Part shown: in pieces, positions 1 through 14,264 of the stretch
Layout: every line of letters begins with the position of its first letter
Numbering within the stretch: the first letter of the stretch is position 1
Source: Octopus vulgaris
Taxonomy: Eukaryota
Direction of reading: 5' to 3'
Assembly (NCBI GenBank): GCA_951406725.2
Contig: OX597835.1
Location: forward strand, 16,926,001-16,990,000
Length of the DNA: 64,000 nucleotides
Notes under the pieces: model-generated
The model's database searches: none
Told to the model about the DNA's origin: nothing
Seen by the model: only the letters and a program-made list of their open reading frames with translations
Made by a program: the position numbers and the translations under genes

Positions 1-110
1 CTATAGGTTGGATGTTACGCTTGCAGTTCGATTATCCAAGGAAAGCACTTTTTCTTTAAAAATGTCCAAGAAATTCCACACTACCTTGACTTTGTTGTCT
101 CATTATATTT

Positions 111-165
<55 letters not shown>

Positions 166-389
166 CATTTCAAGAATATAAATACCTCTTAAAAGGATGT
201 CAGCATCCAGGTTCCCCAGTTTTATATGCATGTATGTAAATGATTGACACCCCACCTCAGCATATTCAGCCGTATGAGGGCCAAAGTATTTTATATTTTG
301 TCCTCCTTTTCCCTTTCTTTTTCAGGATGATCTTGATAAAATGTGGAGAAAGCAAAACCCTTATACAGCCCATGCAATTATCTGTTTAA

Positions 390-600
390 CCCTTTTGTCA
401 CCAATCCGCCTAAAACCGCTTCTGGTTTTGTTGTAGAAATGTCTTGTTTTCAAAAGTTTTGAATCAGAATTTTCCAGCAAACCTTAGTCACAATTTATGT
501 TCGCAACACTAGCTAAGTTATTTTACTAAATTCTTTGTTGTATTTAAACTTAATTGAAAGAAACAAAGAGCATCTCCACAGAAATATGGTAACAAAAGGG
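390..600. mobile_element. piggyBac-type MITE (211 bp)
   Basis: TTAA on both sides (386-389, 601-604); TIRs CCCTTTTGTCACCA ... TGGTAACAAAAGGG (13/14 match). Confidence 0.85.
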
Positions 601-1105
601 TTAATTGGTTTGGATGGGACCATTCACATATTTTGGTTGTGCTGGTAGCAACAGTTGGTGCAAGTATGCCATGAGATTGATAAAAAGCACGACCTCAAAC
701 GAGTGGCCGTTGACCCTCCTGTGTTCCTCCACCCTCTGCCTGGTCGTGTTTTCCATCATCCAGGGTATCCAATACGAAGCCTTCTGATCAAGAAAGCTTG
801 GTGGAGTCGCCGGTTTAGCGAGAGAGATAAACAGATGAATAAACAGAAACAGAAAGAGAGAGAGAGAGAGAGAAACAGAAAGAGAGAGAGAGTGGGAGAG
901 AAAGAGAGAGGAGAAAACATCAGACATTTTGATAAAGAAAAGAATGGGTATATGTATGTATATATATAACAACTTTATATTAATCTGATGGGTTGCTCTA
1001 TACTTTTAAACAAGAATGCTGTTGAGATTGACTTCGACGTTTCGGTCAGTTAAGCCATCATTGGCTTGACTACGAAGTTACTGTCAACAACATTCTATCT
1101 ATATG

Positions 1106-1161
<56 letters not shown>

Positions 1162-1217
1162 TGTGTGTATGTGTATGTGTGTATGTATGTATGTATGTAT
1201 GTATGTATGTATGTATG

Positions 1218-1257
<40 letters not shown>

Positions 1258-1288
1258 GATGAATAGTTGCATGGTCAGAAACTGAGAG

Positions 1289-1338
<50 letters not shown>

Positions 1339-1606
1339 GACAGAGAGAGAAACATAGACAGATACATAAAGATAAAGAGAGATACAGTCACAGACAGAGA
1401 GGGAAAGAGTTGAAACAATAAATTATTGGTTAAGAATATTATTTTAAAGAGACATTTCTTACGCCAGGAAGAATTCAATGTAAACGGTTGAAATAAGAAA
1501 TTGAAGAAAAGACAAAAAAATATGACTGAAATATTTTTTTTTGAGCATAAAAAAAAAATAATAGTGAGCAAAGAATAATTCCTGTCCCGCTTTAATCTAC
1601 CATCCT

Positions 1607-1610
<4 letters not shown>

Positions 1611-1647
<37 letters not shown>

Positions 1648-1786
1648 TCCTATGTTTTCTCCGCGTTGTCGTCTTCATCATCTTCTTTATCGTCGTTGTC
1701 ATCATCATCATCATCATCATCATCACCACCACCAACGATATCCTCCTCCTTCTCCTTCCCATGGTTATCATCATCATCATCAACAC

Positions 1787-1856
<70 letters not shown>

Positions 1857-1929
1857 GTCATCGTCATCATCATCATCATCATCGTCATCGTCATCGTCAT
1901 CATCATCATCATCATCGTCATCGTCATCG

Positions 1930-1961
<32 letters not shown>

Positions 1962-2028
1962 GTCATCATCATCATCATCATCGTCATCGTCATCGTCATC
2001 ATCATCATCATCATCGTCATCGTCATCG

Positions 2029-2060
<32 letters not shown>

Positions 2061-2073
2061 GTCATCGTCATCG

Positions 2074-2111
<38 letters not shown>

Positions 2112-2245
2112 GTCATCATCATCATCATCATCATCATCATCGTCGTAATCATCATCATCGTCGTCATCATCGTCATCATCATCATCGTCATCATCGTCGT
2201 CATCGTCATCATCGCCGAGGTCGTCGTCGTCGTCGTCGTCGTCGT
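1611..2245. repeat. (CTG)n then long (ATC/GTC)n trinucleotide tract
   Basis: Read directly; source of the poly-M/I/H/S ORFs. Confidence 0.97.
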
Positions 2246-2566
2246 TCTTCCGTTAGTCATTTTCATGTTATTTTTGTACTTTAGTGAATAGTGTTGTCAA
2301 AAATGAAAATTATTCATGAGCAAAGGAACCTGTCAAATATCTCACTTCTTTTACTCACACACACACACGCACACACACACACATAGACACACACATATAC
2401 ACATACACACGCACAAACTTTTACTTAAACATGCACACATATACAGAAACTTACAAACAGATATATGCATATATATAATTATGTATATATGTATATACAT
2501 ATATATTACGGAGATGTACTTGCATAGCAAGTGACCTGATCTGAACATACATATATATATATATAT

Positions 2567-2902
2567 TTGACTGTGGCAATGTTGGAGCACCGCCTTTAGT
2601 CGAGCATATCAACCCCAGGACTTATTCTTTGTAAGCCTAGTACTTATTCTATCGATCTCTTTTGCCGAACCACTAAGTTACGTGGACGTAAACATACCAG
2701 CATCGGTTGCCAAGCGATGTTTTGGAGGATAAGCACAAACACACAAACATATACACACACATACATACGACGGGCTTCTTTCAGTTTCGGTCTATAGTCC
2801 GAGGCTATAGTAGAAGACACTTGACCAAGGTGCCACGCAGTGGTACTGAACCCGGAACCATGTGGTTGGTAAGCAAGCTACTTACCACACAGCCACTCCT
2901 AC
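2567..2902 (-). mobile_element. SINE family A (tRNA head, CORE-like domain), internally deleted copy
   Basis: Reverse complement matches the copy at 10311-10745. Confidence 0.85.
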
Positions 2903-2909
2903 AACTATG

Positions 2910-2956
<47 letters not shown>

Positions 2957-3099
2957 GTATGTATGTATATGTATGTATGTGTGTGTTTGTAGACATTGTA
3001 TTTCTACAATGGTTTACAGACTTAATCACACAAAGACCCATATGTATGCACACAATCTGGTATGCCTATACAAATAAACACACGTACTCTTACATATAC

Positions 3100-3164
<65 letters not shown>

Positions 3165-3519
3165 GGAGGGGGAGAGAGAGAGGGGTACCTGTACATGTAA
3201 ACATATTGCCCTAAAATGCAAAACTTTTTGTTAACATGTACGCTTCGTGTTGTTCTAAACACAATATTGATTTGATGTTTAGTGCGTGTGAATCTAATGG
3301 CGATATTTATTAAAGAGTGAGGAGTGGTGTTGTTAATCTAGACCACATCATTCTTTATGCTATCCCTATGGGAATATTTGAATTTAACATCGTTGGAAAA
3401 TTAAGTAGTGTACGAGCAAAGGAATGGAATAACTATGGGGTTATAGCTATGACCAATATTTGCTAATCGGTATGTGTAACGTATTGTAAAGTGCACTGCT
3501 AATAAGTTTCGTTATTATT

Positions 3520-3925
3520 TATTCTTTCATTCTGTTTACTTGACTGTGTTCATGATGAGGTGCAGCCTTGAAAGTTTTAACTCAAATAAATCGGCCTCAG
3601 AGGTTGTCCTTTTTAAGTCCGGAATCTATACTATCGCTCTTTAATTTGTCGAAAACGTTAGTTGACGGCGATGTCGACAAATTAGCTTGTCGTGAAGCGG
3701 TCTAGGAGACTTACACAAAGACATTTGCATACACAAACAGTAGCTCAAAGACACAAACACTTATATACATACATGTTTGCATAAACACAAACACACACAC
3801 ACACACATGTATAATAAACTTCCATACAGTTTCCGCATATCAAATTCCCTCATAAAGCATTGGTTGGCCCGTAAGTGCTGAGCAGTGAAACTGAATCAGA
3901 AACTATGTGCTTGTGAAGCAAACGT
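3520..3925 (-). mobile_element. Old degenerate SINE family A copy
   Basis: Collinear but diverged match to family A, including the internal AC/AT tract. Confidence 0.6.
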
Positions 3926-4074
3926 TTTTCTTTTTACCAGTTAGTCGTACAGGCACCATTACACAGAGTGACGTCTGAAGTCAGTCGACCATTTTAAAAT
4001 ATAATTTTTTTACAATTCCTTTTCTTGCAATTTTTTGTTCCCGATTATAGACATGGAATTCTTGAAAGATAATC

Positions 4075-4823
4075 ATGGAGAATTTCATGTCTGAGCAACG
4101 AGTAAAATTTAATCGAATTTTATCTATAAAATCAACGATGAAAATGCTAATCCAAAGAGCTTACATTGATCATTTTGAAGTCTTACAACCACCATCTAAA
4201 CAAGCGGAACTCAACTTATTCCGGCGGCACGAAGGACTGAAAGCTGTGATTGATTTATCACGTGTGGGTTGGCCAAGATCAAGGAGATTTCTGGACAATA
4301 TTCAACGTGTACTACGGGGCATTGGTGAAGAGTATTCAACACAGCTTGCAGGTAGTCCCAACAGCTGGACATATCCCAAAGCCAACTACAAAGGGTTCAA
4401 AGAATGGTGAATTTAATCCTGTACAAAGTGCAGCTAGCACAGGAACTGAAGGCAATAGATTATTGGGTATGATTATCTTATGCTTCTCAAATCCAAGAAT
4501 TGGCAAGCCAAGAAGCTGATTTCATTCACAACCACATGATGGGTGACAAGGCCCACTGTAATCAAAATTCCTTTGTCAACGAAGAAAACATTCGATTTTG
4601 GGGGACGGGAAGAGCAAGAATAGTTCACCGACGTGAGTTGCACTCTGTAAAAGTGACGCTTTGGAGTGGGGGTAAGTTCGGAAGAAGCTCTTGGGCCTTA
4701 CTTTGAGGATGGTACAGAAAATGCATGGGCTGTCACGCTAGAAAGGTATCGGACATGCTGGAACATTTCATGCGTCCTGCAGTAGAGGACACACCAGAAA
4801 TATGGTGGTAGCAATATGGGGCT
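4075..4823 (+). pseudogene. Tc1/mariner-superfamily transposase remnant (DUF4817 / rosa-like type)
   Basis: Frameshifted peptides YKVQLAQEL, MGDKAH..FVNEENIRFWG..ELHSVKVTLWSG, LGPYFEDG..VTLERYR, IWW*QYGA match the SDEAHF / NxRxWG / HSxKVTVW / GPYFF / WFQQDGA motifs. Confidence 0.85.
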
Positions 4824-6132
4824 TGCAAAATACGGTAATTTAGTTGATCGAACAACTAAATCCTCGTCGCCAAACGATGGAAATCCAATATAGCGAAGAA
4901 TAGATATTCTTCTCAAAATACTTTCCATTTCTTTTCCTCTTGTTTTGGTAATTTACAATATTAGGAGCTATTTTGTTACCCTCTGAAGAAATTTACCATT
5001 AACATTATTTGTCCATTCCTTATGTTCTTTTATTTCTCTCCAAGAATCAATAAGAAGGTATTATTTTAGAAGTGATCTACGAATAACCATAATTGAATTG
5101 CAAAAATACAAAAACAAAGGACAACTTCCCCTATGCAAAAGTGAAATCGAAAAGCCAAATAGACGTTTCAGGAGCGAGCAGACGACACTGTTCAAACGAC
5201 AAGCTTGGCTGAATCTCACCATCACTGACTTTATCCTAATCGAAAAATAGGTTTCATTTTCTTCGTCTTTTTTCCTTATTCCTTTATTCAGAGTTCACTT
5301 ATCTCTATGTCATCTACAGAATGATTTTTATTTTTAAAAAATCAAAAAAAAATCTTTTTTCTTGTCTTTTTTATTTATTTCATCATTCCACCATCGAAGA
5401 ACTCCTTAAAATCATAATGGCTATCGTGTGTGAAATCACCTAAAACTTTCATTGCATTTCCCCCCTCTAAAAACACGTAAAAACATCAACAAAACGCATA
5501 AAACTTTCATAGGCAAAAAGAACAACTCAACGACAAAAAGAAAAAAAAGAAAAAAAAAAAACTAACCGAAAACCAAAAAAAATTTTCATTGCCAAAAATA
5601 GAATATAAAATCAAGAATCAAAAGTTTAAAAAAAATAAGAACCTTCAGTGAAAATAAAACCTCCAAAAATAGAAAGACAACGAAAATAGCAAAACATTTC
5701 ATTACAATAAAAAATAAATAAAACAGAATTAAACATTAAAAGAAAAGAAAACGTTGAACTAGATAGAAAAAAACAACATAATAATCAAATAACAAAAATC
5801 CTCTCAGGAATTGCTCAAGCCAACTTTATGAACGCAAATCCTTTAACATCTTATCATCGTTAATTCTAAATTTTCTTTCATAATTTTTTCTTGTATTTTC
5901 AAAATTTTTTGAAAAAAATTTCAAGAAGACAAAACGAAATACCAAAACTACTAAACGACTTTCAGTACTATTTTTTTAAAAAACAAGTCTGTTTATTTTT
6001 ATCTTTCCTTTTTTCCCCCTTGTATTAAAGAATATTTGCTCATTAATTCCAAAGAGTAATAATTAATTTTTATATATCCTGCTTTAATGGTATTTGTCGA
6101 CAAACGCAACACACAGCAACTTTTACGGTAGC

Positions 6133-6211
<79 letters not shown>

Positions 6212-6365
6212 GTTATTAATTTTTTTAAAGATACACAGAATCTTTGCGATTTCTGATGTATTTTGACTGCAAGCAATGATTCTTAGATGTATGTAAGTAC
6301 GTTGTATCGTGTGTATATATCTGCGTGTGTATGATGTGTATGCATACATACATGCATAATACATA

Positions 6366-6402
<37 letters not shown>

Positions 6403-6419
6403 CATACATACATACATAT

Positions 6420-6494
<75 letters not shown>

Positions 6495-6686
6495 TGTAGG
6501 CAAGCGTATACATTTATGTGTACATCTGTGTGCAAATAAGCATTTACGTATCTATGTGTGTGCATGTATATATATTTGTATATACCTTTTAACTGTCTTT
6601 CTTTTAACTGTCTCTTTCTCAATCTATATATCTGTCTATTTATCTATCTATCATGTATGTAAGTATGTAAATATAACTGTAATATA

Positions 6687-6735
<49 letters not shown>

Positions 6736-6776
6736 TATACATATATATACATATATATATACATATAAGTACATAC

Positions 6777-6809
<33 letters not shown>

Positions 6810-7095
6810 TATATAAAAATACATATATTTATGTATATAAGCAAGTATATATGTGCATGTATATATATAAACTATTTGTATATATATCTATATATATATA
6901 TAAACATATGTATATGTGTGTATGTATGTATGTATGTAAGTACGTATGTACGTATGTATGTACGCATGCATCTACGTATACATGTATGTATGTATGTATA
7001 TATGTATGTATGTATGCATGCATGTATGTGTGTGTTTGTCTGTCTGACTGGGTGTTTGTCTATCTGTAGATATATAGATATATACATATAAATAT

Positions 7096-7135
<40 letters not shown>

Positions 7136-7161
7136 GGATGTATGAACGTACCGCCCCTATA

Positions 7162-7215
<54 letters not shown>

Positions 7216-7225
<10 letters not shown>

Positions 7226-7393
7226 TATTAGAGACAAAACCACTATTTTGCAAAACAAACAAGGAAAGACTTAATCAATACATAACATTTTAATAAATAA
7301 TTTTTTGACTATTTATTAAAATTTTATGTATTGATTAAGTCTTTCCTTGTTTGTTTTGCAAAATAGTGGTTTTGTCTCTAATAATATTTTATA
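7216..7393. repeat. Near-perfect palindrome (84-bp arms, 10-nt spacer)
   Basis: 7216-7299 is the reverse complement of 7310-7393 with one mismatch. The adjacent 7405-7476 recurs inverted at ~8000-8065, and a short piece recurs at ~41267-41293. Confidence 0.95.
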
Positions 7394-7472
7394 ATATTTT
7401 ACTATAAAATTGGATTTAATCCTAAATCTGATTTTTTTCCCTGTAAATTTGGATTTATTCCCTAATATTTAT

Positions 7473-7514
<42 letters not shown>

Positions 7515-7916
7515 GTATGTATATATATATATAATTACAGATTAGATATGTGGATAGATTAGTTATACAGAAATACGGAAATACAGAAACAGGGAAATAA
7601 ATTAACAGCTTGACGTCTCACAGACCGACTAACAGAGTGAATGGATAGATACACAGGCTTGCATACATACATATGCGTACGAATATATATAACAGATGCA
7701 TATACACACACACACACGTGCGCATATGAAAATTTGTGTGTAGAGAGATAGAAAGATAGATAAACTGATCGACAGATGGTTAAGTAGAACAGCATGGAGA
7801 GATAAAAGTTTATGGAGTGTGATTATTATAGATCGATAAATAGAAATCTCGATAGGGGATAATGTAAGGACAAAGAGGAAAAGGGTGAGAGAGGAAGAGA
7901 TAGAGTTAGAGGGGGA

Positions 7917-7972
<56 letters not shown>

Positions 7973-8076
7973 CATGCATATATATATATATATGCATATA
8001 TAATAATATTAGGGAGTATATCCAAACTTACAGGGAAAAATTAGATTTAGGATTAAATCATTAATTTATATTTATA

Positions 8077-8131
<55 letters not shown>

Positions 8132-8133
8132 AA

Positions 8134-8300
8134 GGCGCAGGCGTAGCAGTGTGGTAAGAAGCTTGCTTCCCAACCATATGGTTCTAGGTTCAATCCAACT
8201 GAGCGACACCTTGGGCAAGTGTATTCTACTACAGCCTCGAGCCGACCAAAGCCTTGTGAGTGGATTTGGTTGACGGAAACTTAGAGGAGCCCGACGTGTA
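8134..8300 (+). mobile_element. SINE family A, 5' half, ending at the internal microsatellite
   Basis: B-box-like GGTTCAATCC, then CCTTGGGCAAGTG CORE-like motif. Confidence 0.85.
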
Positions 8301-9116
8301 TGTATATATATATGCATATGATTATATATTATCTATATTATTATATGATTAAACACCACGCATACTTTTCCAAGTAAGTCTTATCTTAATAATTACGATG
8401 CGCTCTCTTTTATCTTTACTATCTCCTCTCTGTCTATCTCTCTCCCTCTCTTGTTCTTCATCCTTTCTGGTTTTCTTTCCCACCCTTCCCTGTTTTCCTT
8501 CTCTCCTCGTTACCGTCCCCTCTCTCTCACTCCTCCTCCTCGACTCTCTCGTCGTTAACACATAACGAAAGAGAATCTATCTCTCTGACCACTACCTTCG
8601 TAAAGACAAAGCGTGCTTATACTGTTTCCTTCATAAGCTCCTGTTCCTAGCATTCATAATAATTTTTCTATCGTCTTGGCTTAACAGCCCTCACCGTTTG
8701 TTTTTACTGTTTTGTTCTCACTGACCTGTTCTTGTTACTAATTTCACCCTCCGCAAACACATCCCAATTTTAATTCGCTTTGCGGGAAGGACTGTTTCAA
8801 CGAAGTCGCATCATGTCCTTGCCTTCATAACGCGGAGTAGATGAAACAGGGACAACTGAAGAAGGGGAATATTCCATATGTTGTATGTCTTGAACTCTGT
8901 TTTTTTCGTTGTTCGAAAAAAGTTTGTTTCTATGTTTTTGTTTTTATGTTTTCGTTTCTCTTGGCACTTGGAAATCTGCCGAAAGCTTATGGATATCTAA
9001 GGTTACCCGCTTCCCATATTGTTCCTACCAGGAATAAGACTGAACCTGAGCAAGCCAAAATAATAATAATAATAATAAAAAAAAAAAAAAAAAAAAAAAA
9101 ATAATAATAATAATAA

Positions 9117-9325
9117 TCCTTTCTACTATAGGCACAGGGGTCTGGATTTTTCGGGAGGGGGACAGTCGATCACATCGTCCCCTGTACTCAACTGGTACTT
9201 AATTTATCGACCTCGAAAAGATGAAAGGTGAAGTCGACCAAGGCGGAATTTGAACTCAGAGCGTAGCGGTACTCGAAATACCGCTAAGCATTTTGCCCGG
9301 CGCGCTAACGATCCTGCCAGATCAC
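9117..9325 (-). mobile_element. SINE family B, short tail ending in (ATT)n
   Basis: GAGTTCAAATTCCGCC B-box, central ...CTTTCATC...GGTCGATAAA...GTACCAG domain, tail ...TAGTAGAAAGGATTATT. Confidence 0.85.
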
Positions 9326-9361
9326 CTAATAATAATAATAATAATGATGATGATGATGATG

Positions 9362-9443
<82 letters not shown>

Positions 9444-9456
9444 TGATGATGATGAT

Positions 9457-9474
9457 GTCCCTTAGTGGCTGACG

Positions 9475-9515
<41 letters not shown>

Positions 9516-9726
9516 TGGGCTACTCAACCTGAAGAAGATTCTAACTGGGCCCCACCTGCAAGGTCATGTGCTGTTTTTCTTGATATGAGATCACCATGTC
9601 GCGCACATATGGTTGTGATGCATGTGCCTGGTGTACCTTTATCAGACGGGTAGTCATGATGGGTATATTGGGCTTCGTATATTTTACCCCAGTGTCACGT
9701 TGATGGCATGAACTGCTCTCTCACTC
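9457..9726 (+). mobile_element. Partial copy of (AAT)n-associated element D
   Basis: 9457-9477 and 9514-9726 match two separate parts of 51171-51725; an (AAT)n tract replaces the missing middle. Confidence 0.85.
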
Positions 9727-9751
9727 AATAATAATAATAATAATAATGAAA

Positions 9752-10468
9752 ACACTACCGACAGCGACAAACGCAGAATGTGTGGTGGGAGAGGTGAAAC
9801 GGTATGGTACATCGTTAGCGAATTCCCAAAATTAGCACAACGCAAATGTAAAAGACCTCGTGACAATGTGGCAAGAATGACCCATTGGGAGCTCTGTGGA
9901 AATGACGGCCTACAAAGAGGAAAGACGTGGTAAGGGCAAACCCTAGAAGGAGTCACCAAGAACGAAAATTGCAAAATCCTGTGGGGGAAGCCATGATTCA
10001 GTGCGAAGACCTGACCAGGCATCGGAAACAGAACTTTGGTGTAGAGAATAAAAGAAGAAAGAAAATAGTATGTCCCAGTGATAACAGGATCAAAGAGAAA
10101 GAAGAAGAAGAACTGAACAACTATGACGATTTGAAGTGAGAAATACGAAGGTTGTGGGAAATGAGGAGAGTAGACGTGATACCAATAGTAATTGGTGCAC
10201 TTGGAAGTACCAGCACTCAACTACCAACAACGCTGAGAAGATCGGTGCAAGTGTGAAGGTAGAACACCTACAAAAATCAGCATTGCTTGGAACTGCAAGA
10301 ATTCTTCGCTGGAGTGGCTGTGGTAAGTAGCTTGTTTACCAACCACATGGTTCCGGGTTCAGTCCCAACTGCGTAGCACCTTGGGCAAGTGTCTTCTACT
10401 ATAGCCTTGGGCCGACCAGAGCTTTGTAAGTGGATTTGGTAGACGGAAACTGAAAGAAGCCTGTCGTA

Positions 10469-10529
<61 letters not shown>

Positions 10530-10848
10530 TTGTGTGTCTATGTTTGTCCCCCTAGCATTACTTGACAACCGATGCTGGTGTGTTTACGTCCCCGTCACTT
10601 AGCGGTTCGGCAAAAGAGACCGATAGAATAAGTACTGGGCTTACAAAGAATAAGTCCCGGGGTTGAGTTGCTCGATTAAAGGCGGTGCTCCAGCATGGCT
10701 GCAGTCAAATGACTGAAACAAGTAAAAGAGTAAAAGAGAGTAAAAGGGTTCTTGAAGCATGACCAGTAAACAAGTGTCATCTTAGTCTGCTGGCTATGGA
10801 CAGCTGACACGTCCCATCATACCCAGCAAAATCAGCTGAGAGTTTTCA
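9752..10848 (+). mobile_element. R4/Dong-clade non-LTR retrotransposon 3' remnant (zinc knuckle + REL endonuclease + 3'UTR), interrupted by a SINE
   Basis: Peptides RMCGGRGETVWYIVSEFPKLAQ..DNVARMTHWELC, KILW, CPSDNRIKEKE..YDDLK*EIRRLW..VIPIVIGALG, LQKSALLGTARILR[SINE]RVLEA*; (AAT)n on both sides. Confidence 0.88.
10311..10745 (+). mobile_element. SINE family A, near full length, nested in the R4/Dong ORF
   Basis: tRNA-like head, CCTTGGGCAAGTG CORE-like motif, internal (TA)n, 3' (TAAAAGAG)n tail. Confidence 0.92.
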
Positions 10849-10871
10849 AATAATAATAATAATAATAATAA

Positions 10872-11090
10872 TCCTTTCTATTAAAGGCACAAGGCCTGAA
10901 ATTTGGAGTGGGGTTAAGTCACTTACATCGACCCCAAGTCGTGATTTTAGCTGGTACTTATTTTATCGACCCCGGAATGATGACAGGCATAGTCAACCTC
11001 CGCAGAATTTGAACCTAGAACGTGAAGGCAGGCGAAATGCCGCTAAGGCATTTTGCCCGGCGTGCTAACGATTCTGCCAGCTCCCCGCCT
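10872..11090 (-). mobile_element. SINE family B, (ATT)n tail
   Basis: Same structure as 9117-9325. Confidence 0.85.
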
Positions 11091-11124
<34 letters not shown>

Positions 11125-11226
11125 AATAGTAATGATAATAAAAATAACAATAGTGACGAGAACAACAACATGAATAATGATTAAAACGTAAACGTGAACG
11201 AAGAACCGAAATACAGTAAAAGAAAG

Positions 11227-11313
<87 letters not shown>

Positions 11314-11611
11314 AATACACACACATTTGTATCTTGAAATATGGATAGACGCGTACAAGTACGTGTACATACAAAAGAAAAAAAAAACTCACTACATTAT
11401 GTAGAGTATATATTTGTAGATTAGCAATTAATAACTATGACGGCAATTATTTAGACTTTGATAGTCACGCATACATGTTTCTCATCTTTCAGATCTTTCT
11501 CTATGATGAATCAATTAAAATAAGCATAGATATTTAAAATTCATTTGGACATAAACTTATATATGATATACCCACACTTATATATATATGTGCATTTATA
11601 AAAAAATGCCT

Positions 11612-11729
<118 letters not shown>

Positions 11730-11767
11730 TTTAAATAAATCTGTGTGTATATATATATATATGTATG

Positions 11768-11846
<79 letters not shown>

Positions 11847-11847
11847 G

Positions 11848-11900
<53 letters not shown>

Positions 11901-12443
11901 TTATTTACACATGTAGAATGTTGTACTTTGTGGAAAAAAAAAGCAAGACCTATTGAAATTCATTCGTGTATATGCACATATTGCCGCAAACCGGAACCGA
12001 TATGTGACATAAATCGAGTCGAAATGTCAATATTTTCAAATGTCGCTAATTATTGATCAAAGCTAGATATCTTGTAACCTTAAGCAATGGCTTATAGATG
12101 TTCGGCTTGTATTACTTTTATTGCACACAGACACAGCTCTATATTTGTATAGAAATATCTATATATACACTCATACGTATATATATGTGTGTGTGTCAGT
12201 TACCGTTGTACATATATACACATGTATATCTGTATAGACGTACATACACATATATACATACAGAAATGCGTAATATGTATATACACACATATGTATACAT
12301 ATGCCCATACACACACGTTTATATATATATATATATATGCGTACATGTAGGTATATATGTATGTACGTACGTATGTATGTATGTGCATATACATATGCAA
12401 ATATATATATATATACATATACATTCACACACACACAAACACA

Positions 12444-12499
<56 letters not shown>

Positions 12500-12924
12500 C
12501 ATACACATGCACGCGTGCGTGTGTGAGATTAGATATGACATAGATGTCGTTCTTAGTTAAGGGAGGAAAAGCAGGATTAGTCTACAGGAATAATATTATC
12601 TGTATTACATAAAAATGTGATTTGTTACTCTTGGCCATGTGTTTTAATCAATATAAGCTTGAGGAAAGAACGAGATCGCGCAAGTGATGAAATGTACGTC
12701 GAAAGAATGAGATACGCCCTATGAGCTTTTCAGTTGTAGATGTTAAAATGATTTTATATTAAAATGAATTAAATTAAGTAGGAGAGTATAACTTGTATAT
12801 TTTGGTCACAGTTCATTTTTAGCATCCAGGTGTCGTTAGAACAACTGAGTTCGTTGAGAAAAGCAAGAAAAGAAAGGAAAATATGCAAGTAAATGGTTTT
12901 CGTATTTAGATATTTGTAATTAGA

Positions 12925-13434
12925 TCCTTAAATCCTTAAAAATGTTTTAGCCCGAAGGCTGCGGTCATGCTGGGGCACCACAGCTGAATGAGCTACACTA
13001 ATATGTGAATCCACCTCTGATACGTGGCACTTGGTCAACAAGGGAGGTCGATGCCGCTGCCCGCATCTGTGTCTCCTGTCGTGAGGTAGGTTCATCTTGG
13101 ACCCCTGACAAGAAGAGATCCAGTTTAGTTTTAAAGAAACCCATATCCACACAAAGCAAGTCTCTCAGGCATTTAGGGAGGATGTTAAAGAGCTGTGGTC
13201 CTCTGAAACCCAAGCTGTTGCAGTATCTGGTCCTGTATTTTGATGGTGATGTTGGAATCTTTGGCACCATGCAGTGGCGCCCCATTCTGCGGTTGGGGTA
13301 ACTTTGAATGCCAAAGTTTGGGACAAGACCCTCCAGGATTTTTCCGGATGTATATCACCGCATATCTCTCCTGCCTTCGCTCTAGGGAGAATAGTTTTAA
13401 TACTTTCAGTCTTTCCCAGTAGCTGAGATACTTA
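12925..13434 (-). mobile_element. CR1-group LINE 3' end (ORF2 C-terminus + 3'UTR)
   Basis: LSYWERLKVLKLFSLERRQERY..GPQLFNILP..FKTKLDLFL (CR1/L2 C-terminal signature); short 3'UTR with an 8-bp repeat tail (TTTAAGGA)2. Confidence 0.9.
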
Positions 13435-13807
13435 TAATAAGATGCAAGGAAGAAGAGAATTAGTTTGTTATGAAATACAGTTGGGGTGAGGGTTTCAGTG
13501 AGAGCCATAGTTGAGAAGGAGCTGAATTCCAAGGTGGAGTGTGGTGTTCATATGATAATGGGGTGTCTGAACATTTAAGGATAACCATGTGGTTTAGTGT
13601 TCTAAGAAGAATGGGAAGTTACAACAAAATTTAGGAAGTTCGTTGCATATGGAACCATATTAATGACCAGAGAAGGTAACGGATTAATGGGCAATCAGTA
13701 AATGTTTAAGAAATTAAATAACTAAATAAAATATTTTAGAAAAATACAATAACAATAATAATAATAATGTGAATATGGATAATTTGGAATGTTATAGCGA
13801 ATAATGT

Positions 13808-14212
13808 TTACTTTTACTCTCTTTTACTCTTTTACTTGTTTCAGTCATTTGACGGGATCACTGCCTTTAGTCGAGCAAATTGACCCCCAGGACTTATTCT
13901 TTGTAAGCTTAGTACTTATTCTATCATTCTCTTTTGCCGAACCGCTAAGTTACGGGGACGTAAACACACCAGCATCGGTTGTCAAGCAATGATAGGGGGC
14001 CAAACACAGACACACAAACACACACAGACACATATGATATATATACATATATACGACGGGCTTCTTTCAGCTTCCGTGTACCAAATCCACTCACAAGGCT
14101 TTGGTCAGCCCCAGGCTATAGTAGAAGACACTAGCTCAAGGTGCCACGCAGTGGGACTGAACCCGGAACCATGAGGTTAGTAAGCTGCTTACCACACAGC
14201 TACTCCTACGCC
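13808..14212 (-). mobile_element. SINE family A
   Basis: Reverse complement matches 10311-10745, including the (TAAAAGAG)n tail. Confidence 0.9.
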
Positions 14213-14264
14213 TATGCGTAAGAATCAATCAAAACTCTTTATGGATAAAACAATCACCATACAT

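Noticed and set aside
605-830. GC-richer block open in several frames (possible next cadherin exon or GIY-YIG fragment)
   Set aside because: No cadherin motif or compatible splice sites; the resemblance to GIY-YIG (RVEEH) is too weak.
1031-1070. Hammerhead-like ..AUGAUGG..CCGAAACGUC on the minus strand
   Set aside because: The core reads CCAAUGA (two changes) and stem I is not convincing; at most a decayed relic.
8850-8885. CTGAAGAAGGGGAA half-hammerhead
   Set aside because: No GAAA closes stem II and there is no cleavage arm.
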